The notes: generated by a model not told the origin, from the letters alone. Numbered from the stretch's first letter, positions 9,389 to 19,315 are shown. The stretch: 64,000 nucleotides of DNA from an uncultured Peptoniphilus sp. (GCA_902465645.1 CABQNX010000003.1:23180-87179), one strand, 5' to 3'. Made by a program: numbers and translations.

Positions 9389-11368
9389 TTATTTTTCTAA
9401 AACTATTTTTATATAAATTTTTTCTGTGAATTTGTATATGGCAAGATAAAAAATTATATAAATAAGAAATACAAAAATCATTGATTTAATAAATAATTTT
9501 GTATTCATAAGCCCTATTAGCATTAAAAATTTTTGCAAAACAGGAAGAGCAAAGGATGTGTGAATGAGACAGAAAACTATTGGCAAAAACAAAAGCCACG
9601 CCATTTGTTTTCTTATAATTTTCTTGCCATCAACTTCATCTAGTCCAAGCTTTCTTAAAATTTTGAATCTTTCTACGTCTTCATAGGCTTCTGTGAGAAA
9701 CTTGTAGTATATGGCAAGTCCCATTGTTATTAAAAATGCAAAGGAAAGAATTATGCCAACGAAAAATATTACTCCATAGTCACTTAAAAACTCCTCCTTC
9801 GTTTGCTGTCTGTCTATTATTGTGAGTTTTTGATTTGGATTTACTTTAATGTCATCCATGTGTTCATTAAGTAAATTATTAAAATCTTCTGGCAAGTTTC
9901 CCTTTATCAAAGTTGTTATATTTGGAGTTGATATAGAGGTGTTTTCTTTATAATTTAATTTCTCACAAATTTTAATTGCAGTTTCATAATCTTTTGCTAA
10001 TATTTTATTTTTTTCAAAAATGGTCTGCACACTTTCCAAGGGAATATCTATTGTTTCATTGGATACTTGCCTTGCGCTGAATCCCAAATTCTTTATAAAT
10101 TCCTCATTATTGTCTTCTTTAAAATAAATTAAATCCTTTCCTTTAAAGTCTAATTTCATGTCAGGACTATAAATTATATCCAGTGAAATTATGTCTTTTT
10201 TTAAATTTGCATTAGTCCATTCTCTTTTTGTCATTACCTTTAGCTTATTCTTATCTCTAATAAGTGGAATGGACCATTCATAAGTTGTAGTTACCTTTCC
10301 CTTAATCTTATTATCAGCTAATAAACTTCTGATATTATTTCTATACTTATCTAAGTTTTTTATACTTAATGACTCTTCCTCAGTCCTTATGGCAAAGGGT
10401 GCTGGGAATAATCTATTAGTTACATCTCCTATGCCTGCATAGAGACTTATCCCTGATGTTAAAACTATTGTAAAAGCTGTGGATAGTATTGCAATATTTG
10501 CAAGAGATCTAGAATTGTTATTTACTCTGTACAAAAGCCCTGACACAGATAAAAAATTTTCTTTCTTGTAATATAGATCCTTATTGTTTTTTAATAGTTC
10601 AAGAAATAGAGTCACTATAGTTGAAAAAGCAAAATAAGTTCCAATTATTACTAAAGTCGCCGCAATAAAAAATTTAAAAAAAGCTTGTACTGGATTTTTT
10701 GTAGTTAAACTTATGGCATATCCTCCTGCAATAAAAATTATTCCCAGCAAGGCAATTAATTTTGTAAATTTATTTTTCCTATCTCCTGCCTTGGATTCAT
10801 TTACCAAAGCTATTGGAGAATAATTTCTCATCTTAATAATCTGAATTACAAATACAAAAATCAATATTGCAATAAATATTAAATCTACAAGAGCTACAGC
10901 CAAAAAATTATTAAAAAATCCACCCTCAAAAATATTTATGGAATTATTTGTCAGCATCAAAAAAATTCCAAGAGATAATTTGTATAAGGCAAGGCTAAAA
11001 ATACTTGCCGTTAGTATAGAAAAAATAATAATATAAATTATTTCCCAAAATAAAATTATTCTCAGATGTGTTTTTTCAAGTCCAAGTATTAAGTAAAGTC
11101 CTTGCTCCTTTAACTTTCTCTTTTGAATAAAAGAATATACAGAAGAAAGCATTATAAGCGAAAAGATTGATAAAACTATTACTCCATAAAATAGAATGAT
11201 TTTCATTGATTCCATTCCCTTTGCACCTGCAAGAGACTTATCTAAAACAAGACTTAAGCAAATTGAGCTTAATACAATAAGAAAAATTATTGTTCCAATA
11301 AAGGGCATAAAAACTTTTTTATTTCTCTTAATTCCAGAAAGGGCAAGTCGTGAGTAAAGTGATTTCAT
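9389..11368 (-). CDS. BceB-like (FtsX-family) peptide-antibiotic ABC permease
   Basis: About 10 TM with a large extracellular loop; EQGLYLILGL, RFKILRKLG. Likely start ATG at 11368. Confidence 0.88.
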   Translation of the reverse strand: MKSLYSRLALSGIKRNKKVFMPFIGTIIFLIVLSSICLSLVLDKSLAGAKGMESMKIILFYGVIVLSIFSLIMLSSVYSFIQKRKLKEQGLYLILGLEKTHLRIILFWEIIYIIIFSILTASIFSLALYKLSLGIFLMLTNNSINIFEGGFFNNFLAVALVDLIFIAILIFVFVIQIIKMRNYSPIALVNESKAGDRKNKFTKLIALLGIIFIAGGYAISLTTKNPVQAFFKFFIAATLVIIGTYFAFSTIVTLFLELLKNNKDLYYKKENFLSVSGLLYRVNNNSRSLANIAILSTAFTIVLTSGISLYAGIGDVTNRLFPAPFAIRTEEESLSIKNLDKYRNNIRSLLADNKIKGKVTTTYEWSIPLIRDKNKLKVMTKREWTNANLKKDIISLDIIYSPDMKLDFKGKDLIYFKEDNNEEFIKNLGFSARQVSNETIDIPLESVQTIFEKNKILAKDYETAIKICEKLNYKENTSISTPNITTLIKGNLPEDFNNLLNEHMDDIKVNPNQKLTIIDRQQTKEEFLSDYGVIFFVGIILSFAFLITMGLAIYYKFLTEAYEDVERFKILRKLGLDEVDGKKIIRKQMAWLLFLPIVFCLIHTSFALPVLQKFLMLIGLMNTKLFIKSMIFVFLIYIIFYLAIYKFTEKIYIKIVLEK

Positions 11369-11372
11369 TTTC

Positions 11373-12119
11373 TCAACTCCTTTGTAACATCTGCATTGTG
11401 TCTGCAATCTTCTTTTGCATATCAAGGGAAGTCCTCTCGCCCCTATAGATTTGATGATAAATTTCTCCATCCTTTATAAATAGAACTCTCTTAGCCTCTG
11501 ATGCAGCCATGATAGAATGAGTTACCATAAGTATAGTCTCATTATCCTGGTTTAAGTCTTTAAAAACCTTTAAAAGTTCTCTTGTGCTATTGCTATCAAG
11601 AGCTCCCGTTGGTTCATCAGCAAGTAAAATTTTTGGGTCACTTATAAGTGCTCTCGCAATTGCAGTCCTCTGCTTTTGCCCTCCACTTATTTCGTAGGGA
11701 TACTTATTTAATAGATCCGATACATTTAACTTTTTTGCAGTTTTTAATAATTTTTCTTCCATAACAGAAATTTTTTCATCGGACAATACTAGGGGCAATA
11801 AAATATTTTCTTTAACAGTGAAGTTATCAAGAAGATTAAAATCTTGAAAGACAAATCCCAAATTTTCTCTTCTAAACTTTGCCATTTCGCTGTCCTTTAT
11901 TTCTTGTAAATCTTTGCCCATTAAAATTACTTTTCCAGAAATTGGTCTGTCAAGTAAAGCTAAAATATTTAATAAAGTTGTCTTTCCACTTCCAGACTCT
12001 CCCATTATGGCAATATACTCCCCAGCTTCAACAGTAAAATTAATTGACTTTAGAGCCTCAAGCTCATTTTTTCCAAAGCGACTTCGGTATATCTTTTTTA
12101 TATTTTGAACTTCTAACAT
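11373..12119 (-). CDS. BceA-like ABC transporter ATP-binding protein
   Basis: GESGSGKT, FVFQDFNLL, ISGGQKQR, ADEPTGALD. Confidence 0.93.
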   Translation of the reverse strand: MLEVQNIKKIYRSRFGKNELEALKSINFTVEAGEYIAIMGESGSGKTTLLNILALLDRPISGKVILMGKDLQEIKDSEMAKFRRENLGFVFQDFNLLDNFTVKENILLPLVLSDEKISVMEEKLLKTAKKLNVSDLLNKYPYEISGGQKQRTAIARALISDPKILLADEPTGALDSNSTRELLKVFKDLNQDNETILMVTHSIMAASEAKRVLFIKDGEIYHQIYRGERTSLDMQKKIADTMQMLQRS

Positions 12120-12143
12120 CTTCCATCTCTTTCATAAATACTC

Positions 12144-13403
12144 TTAATAATTAACAGCAATTGGCTTTGCATAATAAACAAAGATCATTGCATCATATAA
12201 ATCTTTTGGGACTTCCTTTACCCTATAAGTCCTTGGCATGAATTTCATAAGAGGAGAATATCCTTCGCCCAAACTTATCATGTTGATTTCTTTATTTATA
12301 AGGTCAAAAGTTTCCCCATCTTTAACTTTTGTAAAATCTAAATAATATTTTCCCTTAAATTTTCTAGCACTGTAAGCTAAAGGATCCGCAGATACAAAGA
12401 CATGGTTTGACCTCTTGTTATCTGGACCAGCCACATTGATATTTACAATTCCCTTATAAAAGTCAGTTCCAATAATAAAATATTTTTCTCCAAAAATTTT
12501 CTTTAAGTGAGAACCCATTGGCTCATAAAACTTTTCACTTTTTGCAATGTGACCATTGTGACCAGAAATTAAAAGCATCTTATTTCCCTTTGCCTTTTCA
12601 AAATCACTTATCCACTTAACATTTCCAACCATAAGCTCATCTCTAACATTGTTTACTTTTACATAATCATCAAAATCTAATTCATAATATTTTACACTGT
12701 CTAAGACATTTGTAAGAGCTCTTGAAATAAGCCTTGCAGAGTTAGAAGATAGGCTGTCGACATGAGCTTTTATTTCCAACAACAAATCTTCCTTATCTTT
12801 TATCTGTGAAATCTTAAATTTTTCATCTTTAATAAAGGAAAATTCTTTTTCTAAGTCTCTTTCTTGTAAAATATTATTTTCCTTACAATAATCTAAAATT
12901 AATTCAATAGATTTTTCAGGATTTTGCATATCAAAGCCGTAAAAAGAAAGTTTGTCCTCATCCTTTGCTTTTTGGTTGTAGTCAAACATATAATTTATGA
13001 GATCATTCATATTCCCTGTGTGATAAATATTAAAAGAGAAAATTCTTGAAATATTTTCATCTCTTTTGTTCCCATGAATGTAATTATTAATTATCATTCC
13101 TTCGCCAAAATCAGCTTCAATGGCAAAGGTCTTTAAATTATTTTTTTCAACTAAGGTCTTTAAAACTTCTAACTTTAAATTTTGAAAGTCTGAATTTCCG
13201 TGAGTCGCTTCCCCAAGTCCAACAACTTTCACATTGTCATCTAAATTTATCTCACTTACCTCTTTGCCATATTCTTCTATATCAGAAATATTTTTTCTTG
13301 CACTTAACTTCGGAAGATTAATCCACAAAAAATCTCCAATCCCTATAAGAATAATAAGGGATACTAAAAAAATTAAAATCCCTTTAAATATTTTCTTTAT
13401 CAT
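12144..13403 (-). CDS. Erythromycin esterase (Ere) family hydrolase with an N-terminal membrane anchor
   Basis: GLGEATHG, AIEAD, GFDMQ, RD..M..N, GHNGH motifs; hydrophobic N-terminal helix. Confidence 0.85.
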   Translation of the reverse strand: MIKKIFKGILIFLVSLIILIGIGDFLWINLPKLSARKNISDIEEYGKEVSEINLDDNVKVVGLGEATHGNSDFQNLKLEVLKTLVEKNNLKTFAIEADFGEGMIINNYIHGNKRDENISRIFSFNIYHTGNMNDLINYMFDYNQKAKDEDKLSFYGFDMQNPEKSIELILDYCKENNILQERDLEKEFSFIKDEKFKISQIKDKEDLLLEIKAHVDSLSSNSARLISRALTNVLDSVKYYELDFDDYVKVNNVRDELMVGNVKWISDFEKAKGNKMLLISGHNGHIAKSEKFYEPMGSHLKKIFGEKYFIIGTDFYKGIVNINVAGPDNKRSNHVFVSADPLAYSARKFKGKYYLDFTKVKDGETFDLINKEINMISLGEGYSPLMKFMPRTYRVKEVPKDLYDAMIFVYYAKPIAVNY

Positions 13404-13480
13404 TTTCTCACCTCTTCCTACATTATAAATTGTACAAAAAAATAAATCCTTTTATTTACATAACAAATAGAGCTCTAATG

Positions 13481-13494
13481 TGACATTTTTGTAA
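13481..13494. promoter_or_regulatory. BceR-type response-regulator binding site
   Basis: TGACA-tttt-TGTAA matches the TNACA-N4-TGTAA consensus; about 80 bp upstream of the ere-ABC operon. Confidence 0.75.
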
Positions 13495-13519
13495 GATATA
13501 AAAAAGAGTGCTAAGCACC

Positions 13520-14485
13520 CTAATCCAAAATATCCTTTAAATTTATAAACATCTTTGTGCCAAGCTTTGGCTCTGACTCACACCTCAATGTCACTCTTAA
13601 AGATTTCCCAATATTCTTTGAGAGATTTAGTCCCAGTCCCGTTGACTTTTTCTCCAACCTACCGTTGTAACCAGTGTATCCTGCATCAAAAATTCGTGGC
13701 AAATCTTCTGGCATTATTCCAATTCCATTATCTTCAATTACAAGTTCATTTTTCTCTAAATAAATTGCAATCCTTCCATTATGCGTGTACTTGATTGCAT
13801 TAGAAATAATTTGCTCTAATAAAAAAGAAAACCACTTGGCATCAGTTAAAATTATTTTATTCGTTTCAAAAAAGTCTACCTTATTATTTTTTCCAATAAA
13901 CTGAATTGAATATTTTCTAATTACGCCCTTAATAATTTCATCTAAACTGTATTTGCTAAAGACATAATCCGTGCTATCTGCATTCATCCTTGCATAGCCT
14001 AAAATATTTCCCACATACTCTTCGATTTCAAAAATCTCTTTTTCACAATCTATTTTGTTTATTTCATCTTTTTTGAGCAAAAGTTTTAATGCAAATATTG
14101 GAGATTTTATTTGATGAGTCCAAATAGTTAAGTAGTTTTTTACATCTGCTCTTTTCTTTTCTCCAATCTCTTTAATTCTTTTATTTTCTTCTGCACTTTT
14201 ATAAAGAGCCTTTGATAATGGAGACTCATAAAGTTCTAGTATTTTTTCGTAGTCTTTTCTATTTAAAAGATCTATTTCTTCTCTGTAATCACGGTCTCTT
14301 ATGGAGTAAAGAAAAACCATATAAATAAAAAATAAAAATAAATATAAAAAAGCTATGTAAATGGACTTATCTCTATCAAATTCAAAAATTAAATAAGTTC
14401 CCAGGATATAAAAAAATATGAAAAGCCCAAGAATTAATGTGAATTTTTCTCTCTTTATAAAACTTTTAATTGGCAGGTGGGACAT
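13520..14485 (-). CDS. BceS/GraS-like intramembrane-sensing histidine kinase
   Basis: Two N-terminal TMs without an extracellular domain; WTHQIKSP, SNAIKY, DNGIG, GYTGYNG, TGLGL. Confidence 0.92.
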   Translation of the reverse strand: MSHLPIKSFIKREKFTLILGLFIFFYILGTYLIFEFDRDKSIYIAFLYLFLFFIYMVFLYSIRDRDYREEIDLLNRKDYEKILELYESPLSKALYKSAEENKRIKEIGEKKRADVKNYLTIWTHQIKSPIFALKLLLKKDEINKIDCEKEIFEIEEYVGNILGYARMNADSTDYVFSKYSLDEIIKGVIRKYSIQFIGKNNKVDFFETNKIILTDAKWFSFLLEQIISNAIKYTHNGRIAIYLEKNELVIEDNGIGIMPEDLPRIFDAGYTGYNGRLEKKSTGLGLNLSKNIGKSLRVTLRCESEPKLGTKMFINLKDILD

Positions 14486-15155
14486 AATAGCCTACTCCTT
14501 TCTTAGTCTTTATTAGGTCAAAAATATTTATATCTTCTAGCTTTTTTCTTAGACGCATTACATTTACTGTTAAGGTGTTGTCGTCAATATAAGAGTCACT
14601 TTGCCAAATTTTATCAATAATTTCATCTCTATTAACAACTTTGCCTGGCTTTTCCAAGAGAATTTCTAAAATTTTAAATTCATTTTTCGTGAGTTCTATT
14701 TCTTTGTTTTCTCTTGAGATAATCATCTTGTCGCAGTCAAGACTTATATCTTTGTAAGAAATATTTCTTGTCTCGATATATTCGTAAGCCCTTCTTAGCA
14801 AGGCTCTTATTCTTATTTGTAGCAGCTCTAGTTCAAAGGGCTTAGTCAAATAATCATCTGCTCCAAGATCCATTGCCATTATCAAATTTAAGTTTTCATC
14901 AGCAGCTGAAATAAATAAAATTGGAACTTTAGAATTTTTTCTAATAATTTTGCACCAATGATAGCCATTGTAAAAGGGAAGAGTTACATCCATTAAAACT
15001 AAATCAGGATGAAAGCTTTTAAAGTCATCAAAAATATTTTGAAAGTCCTCTGCAATTTTTATTTCATAATTCCAAAAATTGAGGTGCCTTTCAATTTCTT
15101 CTGCAATCACCTTGTCATCTTCTACTAAAAAAATCTTCCACTTTTTGTTTTCCAT
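14466..15155 (-). CDS. BceR/GraR-like OmpR-family response regulator
   Basis: VEDD, MDVTLPFYNGYHWC, GADDYLTKPF, DDNTLTVNV.RLRKKL. Confidence 0.93.
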   Translation of the reverse strand: MENKKWKIFLVEDDKVIAEEIERHLNFWNYEIKIAEDFQNIFDDFKSFHPDLVLMDVTLPFYNGYHWCKIIRKNSKVPILFISAADENLNLIMAMDLGADDYLTKPFELELLQIRIRALLRRAYEYIETRNISYKDISLDCDKMIISRENKEIELTKNEFKILEILLEKPGKVVNRDEIIDKIWQSDSYIDDNTLTVNVMRLRKKLEDINIFDLIKTKKGVGYYVPPAN

Positions 15156-15214
15156 ATCTTTACAACCTACTCTTTTAACTAAAATTTACTTTCCATCATT
15201 ATATATATTAAAAA

Positions 15215-15246
15215 CATAAAAATAAAGACTCCCCTGAGGAAGTCTT
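15215..15246. repeat. Right copy of the 32-bp direct repeat; serves as the pta terminator
   Basis: cataaaaataaagactcccctgaggaagtctt; AAAGACTCC/GGAAGTCTTT hairpin followed by a T-run on the minus strand. Confidence 0.85.
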
Positions 15247-15261
15247 TAAGTCTATCTTTTA

Positions 15262-16233
15262 TTAAAGAACTGCTTGTGCTGCTGTTATGATAGCTAGTGC
15301 ATAAGCTTCGTCTTCTACACAACCTCTTGAAAGGTCGTTTACTGGTGCGTTAAGTCCTTGTAGGATTGGACCTACTGCCTTGAATCCACCAAAGTATTGT
15401 GCAAGTTTGTAGCCAATGTTTCCTGCTTCAATGTTAGGGAAGATAAATACATTTGCGTGACCTGCTACTTTTGAATCTGGTGCTTTTTTCTTTGCAACTC
15501 TTTCGATGAAGGCTGCGTCAAATTGAAGTTCTCCATCAACTGCCATTTCTGGATTTCTTTCTGCTGCCATCTTAGCTGCTTCTGCTACCATTGTTACTCT
15601 TTCGTGAGAAGCTGATCCGTGAGTTGAGAAAGAAAGCATTGCTACCTTTGGATCGATACCAAATTGTTTTGCAGTTTCATTTGATACTACTGCAACTTCT
15701 GCTAGGCCTTCTGCGTCAAGGTCTGTGTTAATTGCACAGTCTGCCATTAGGTAAAGTTCTTCATTTCTAATCATAATGAAGGCACCTGAGCATCTCTTGT
15801 AGCCTGGTTTTGTTTTGATAATTTGAAGAGCTGGTCTTACTGTATCTGCAGTTGTGTGTGCTGCACCTGATACAAGTCCCTTAGCTTTTTCCATATATAC
15901 AAGCATTGTACCAAAGTAGTTGTTGTCTTTTAGGATATCTGCTGCTTGTTCTTCGTTAACTTTTCCTTTTCTTCTTTCTACGAAAGCCTTAACCATTTCG
16001 TCTTTTCCTGCATAAGTTTCTGGATTAAGGATTTCTAGATTTCCAAGTTTAACGCCTTCTTTTTCTGCAAGAGCTTTAAGTTCTTCTTCGTCTCCAAGAA
16101 CGATTGGCTTAATGTCTCCTTCGTCGTTAAGTCTAATTGCTGCTCTTAAGATTCTTCTGTCGTTTCCTTCTGGAAATACTATTTCTGGTTTTGATTCTCT
16201 AACTTTTACTTTTAATTCTTCTATTAGTGCCAT
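15262..16233 (-). CDS. pta: Phosphate acetyltransferase
   Basis: FPEG..RI, ADCAIN, VAMLSFST, DGELQFDAA, GPILQG, NDLSRG. Confidence 0.97.
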   Translation of the reverse strand: MALIEELKVKVRESKPEIVFPEGNDRRILRAAIRLNDEGDIKPIVLGDEEELKALAEKEGVKLGNLEILNPETYAGKDEMVKAFVERRKGKVNEEQAADILKDNNYFGTMLVYMEKAKGLVSGAAHTTADTVRPALQIIKTKPGYKRCSGAFIMIRNEELYLMADCAINTDLDAEGLAEVAVVSNETAKQFGIDPKVAMLSFSTHGSASHERVTMVAEAAKMAAERNPEMAVDGELQFDAAFIERVAKKKAPDSKVAGHANVFIFPNIEAGNIGYKLAQYFGGFKAVGPILQGLNAPVNDLSRGCVEDEAYALAIITAAQAVL

Positions 16234-16288
16234 AATTTCCCCCTAATTTCTATTAATAAATAATATTATATATCTAATGAAAAATAAT

Positions 16289-17263
16289 TTAAAGTGAATA
16301 AGCTTTAAAAATTACATCTTCTATTACTTGATTTAGTCTAACTGAATCTGCAACGAGTTTTGCAAGAAGATGATGCTTCATTGTGTGGACTCTTAAAACT
16401 TCTACACCCTTGTAAGCTGCAATAGTCGTAAGGGCTGCTGAAGCCTCGTCCCTATTTTCAAAACCTTCTTCACTATTACCGTCAGCATCAATATTGTTTT
16501 CACTTAAAATATTTGCGATAAATCTCTTTCTTGAAACTCCAAGGAAGGTAAAGCAACCCATGTCTCTTAGTACATCAATTTTATCAATTAATTTTAAATT
16601 TTCCTTTTTTGTAAGGGCAAAGCCAATTCCTGGGTCAAGCATAATTCTTTCCCTTGAGATTCCATTTGCTTCTGCACGTTCAAGAGATTTTGACAAATAT
16701 TTTTTCATAACTTCCACAACATCCATGTCTTCAAAGGATTTCAATTCCTCTTCAGTGAAGGCTCCCTCTCCGCCAAAGGATCGAAAGTTGGCACTGGACT
16801 TGTGGTTTGGCCTTGCAATCTTTGGGTTAAACATCAAGATTGCACCAACGTCACTCTTGCCCACTACTTCTGCCATTCTTGGATCTCCCATAAAACCTGT
16901 GATGTCATTTACAAAGTCAACACCTGCTTCAATTGCTGCTTCAGCAACATCAGCCTTCCATGTGTCAATAGAAAGAGGCACATCAGTCTTTGTCTTTAAT
17001 TCCCTTATAACTGGAACAACTCTTTCTATTTCTTCTTGAATTTCTACATAGTGTGAGCCTGGTCTTGTTGATTCGCCACCAAGGTCTATCATGCCAGCTC
17101 CAGCTTCTATAAGTTCAAGGGCCCTATTGACAGCCTTGTCCTTGCCATACCACTTGCCTCCATCAGAGCAGGAGTCCGGTGTAACATTTACAATTCCACA
17201 AAGAATAGTTTCTCCGCCAGATTCTAAAACTTTATCCTTGTATTTACAAACTAAATTTTTCAT
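16289..17263 (-). CDS. folP: Dihydropteroate synthase (long, streptococcal-like form)
   Basis: NVTPDS.SDGG, GGESTRPG, SIDT, DPGIGF, GVSRKRF, RVH. Confidence 0.95.
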   Translation of the reverse strand: MKNLVCKYKDKVLESGGETILCGIVNVTPDSCSDGGKWYGKDKAVNRALELIEAGAGMIDLGGESTRPGSHYVEIQEEIERVVPVIRELKTKTDVPLSIDTWKADVAEAAIEAGVDFVNDITGFMGDPRMAEVVGKSDVGAILMFNPKIARPNHKSSANFRSFGGEGAFTEEELKSFEDMDVVEVMKKYLSKSLERAEANGISRERIMLDPGIGFALTKKENLKLIDKIDVLRDMGCFTFLGVSRKRFIANILSENNIDADGNSEEGFENRDEASAALTTIAAYKGVEVLRVHTMKHHLLAKLVADSVRLNQVIEDVIFKAYSL

Positions 17264-17351
17264 AATTCACTCCAAATTTTATTTCTTCCAATTATTTACT
17301 TACTAATCCATAAATATTTTATGACTTGTAGCTTCTTAAATCAAATAAATT

Positions 17352-18347
17352 TTACCTTGCGTAGTATAAAAGGACTCCGTCATCAGTCCACTCGAAGTCA
17401 GCCTTGCCTATTGCCCTTAGGTGTTCAAGATGGGCATGAGCTTCACCAGCTGCGAAAAACTTTTGTGTATTTGGAAATTCAGAAAAGTCTCTGGCTCTCA
17501 TGTCCCAAGTCATGTTCATGGCAATATCCCTAACAGTGCACTTGCCCTTTTCCTTTAAAGTCTTGTAAGCTTCATCCACCCTGTGCTGGTGGTGGGCCTT
17601 CAATTCATCAATCCTCTTTGGCACATCTTCGATAATGGCCCTGTGAGAAGAATACAAGTGATCAATTGGAAGGTCCCTCAATTTCTCGATATTTTTAAGA
17701 TATCTTCCTAGACTGTCGCCCACTGTGAAGTTCCAAAAAGTTATATTTGGAGTGATATCTCCCAAGAGGTGGTCGCCACAGAATAAAATCTTTCTATCTT
17801 CTTCATAAAGGCCAACCATGCCAGGAGTGTGACCAGAAAAGTCCATCCCCTTAAAGGTAAAGTCCCCAACCTTTAAAATATAATTTGGATTGAAGGACAC
17901 ATAGGGGAATTCTGACTTAGGTCTGTAAATAAAACCAGCGTGTTCTTCTATTTTTAAATTGTCTTCTTCAAGGCCTTGGATGTGAGTAGTGTCCATAACT
18001 TCCTTCCATCTCTTTGAGTTTGCATCTGCCATAGAAGACATCATCCTGTAGTCAATATCTCCCATGTAAATATCAATGCCAAGCTCTTCATGAAACCATG
18101 AAGCAAGACCAGTGTGGTCAGAATGAAGGTGGGTCAAGAATAAAATTGTCTTGTCGTAGTCCACTTCCATGTCCTTAATAAAAGAAAGCATCTCACTTTT
18201 AATTTCTTCGGTGTTAAAGCCTGTGTCCACAATCATGGCCTCGCCCTTAGACTTAACCATGTAAATATTGATACTTTTTAAGGGGTTACCCTTAAGTGGA
18301 ATAATTTTACAATAAACGCCATCTGAAAGTTTTTTAATTTGTGACAT
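17352..18347 (-). CDS. MBL-fold metallo-hydrolase with a C-terminal winged helix
   Basis: THLHSDHTG, GHTPG, GDHLL..ITPNI, AHLEHL. Likely start ATG at 18347. Confidence 0.88.
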   Translation of the reverse strand: MSQIKKLSDGVYCKIIPLKGNPLKSINIYMVKSKGEAMIVDTGFNTEEIKSEMLSFIKDMEVDYDKTILFLTHLHSDHTGLASWFHEELGIDIYMGDIDYRMMSSMADANSKRWKEVMDTTHIQGLEEDNLKIEEHAGFIYRPKSEFPYVSFNPNYILKVGDFTFKGMDFSGHTPGMVGLYEEDRKILFCGDHLLGDITPNITFWNFTVGDSLGRYLKNIEKLRDLPIDHLYSSHRAIIEDVPKRIDELKAHHQHRVDEAYKTLKEKGKCTVRDIAMNMTWDMRARDFSEFPNTQKFFAAGEAHAHLEHLRAIGKADFEWTDDGVLLYYAR

Positions 18348-18394
18348 ATTTCCTCCCATTGCTCATTTCATGTATAATAAATACGAGGTGAAAC

Positions 18395-18811
18395 ATGAGC
18401 GATTTTTTATTAAAACTATTTAAAGTTGAAAGCATTAACAAACTGCCTATAGATAGATTATACCCCATTGTAGAAGCTTTAGACCAGGACCAGAGAAAGC
18501 TCATCGCAAGTTCTTATGAACTTGGACTTGAAGGACTAAGTGAGAGAGAAGAAATAGATGCAATCCACGAGATGATTTTATCAAAGTTTAAAGACACACT
18601 ACTTTCCTTTGACGAGAAGGAACACAAATCCTTTTACGACTTTTACAACGGAGCCGTAGACTACGGTGACGTCAACGTCTACGTCAACATGAAAAAATTC
18701 ACAAGACTTGGACTGATGTATCTCTTCTTGTCTAAAAGTGGCGGCTACTTTAACTTTGTAATACCAGTGGAGTTAATAGAAGAGTATGAAAGACTACTAA
18801 AGTCTTCATAA
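18395..18811 (+). CDS. Hypothetical protein
   Basis: GAGGTG RBS; 138-aa ORF followed by a hairpin near 18870-18899. Confidence 0.75.
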   Translation: MSDFLLKLFKVESINKLPIDRLYPIVEALDQDQRKLIASSYELGLEGLSEREEIDAIHEMILSKFKDTLLSFDEKEHKSFYDFYNGAVDYGDVNVYVNMKKFTRLGLMYLFLSKSGGYFNFVIPVELIEEYERLLKSS

Positions 18812-18953
18812 GATATTTTTATTTGCCAAATAAAATTAAGAATATAACTAAAAATGAATAAAGATAGAAAGAGACTTAAATTATCTTAAGTCCCTTTTTA
18901 AATTGAAAAATTTTTGCAAAATAAAAAAGCCATTCACAAGAATGACTTTGCTT

Positions 18954-19297
18954 TGGTGGAGGCGGTGGGAGTCGAACCCACGTCCGAAGACCTCTTACAG
19001 AAAGATTCTCCGAGTGCAGACTCCTCTTTAGTTTTCCCCTGTATTACTAGAGTGTCAAACTCACACAGGGTATCGCCATAAACCCCCTCTGCTATGACGC
19101 ATCACAGAGTTCGTTTGCCCGCTAATTTGAAACCCGGTTGCAGATCGCGGTGTCTGGCCGGATTGCTACCTAATTAGGCAGCTAGTGCGAAATTATTTTC
19201 GTCGTTTATTTTTTAATAGACCATTTTTACGTTGTGTGATCCATCAACGACTCGCTACTTTAAGCTCAAAATCCCCGTCGAAACCATTTTCGCCCCC
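18954..19297 (-). ncRNA. ssrA: tmRNA; tag peptide (A)DENNFALAA
   Basis: 5' GGGGGCG pairs with 3' CGCCTCC-ACCA (G3:U70); GGTTCGACT T-loop; tag GAC GAA AAT AAT TTC GCA CTA GCT GCC TAA at 19203-19174. Confidence 0.97.
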
Positions 19298-19315
19298 ATA
19301 TTTACTTAGACTAAA

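Noticed and set aside
12144..13403. Calling the Ere-family gene a macrolide resistance gene (ereA/ereB)
   Set aside because: Only family motifs are visible; the anchor and Bce context point to another substrate.
16494..17039. 181-aa plus-strand ORF and similar antisense ORFs (e.g. 4224-4442, 22458-22871, 49412-49711, 51558-51908)
   Set aside because: They lie opposite well-supported genes and show no recognisable motifs.
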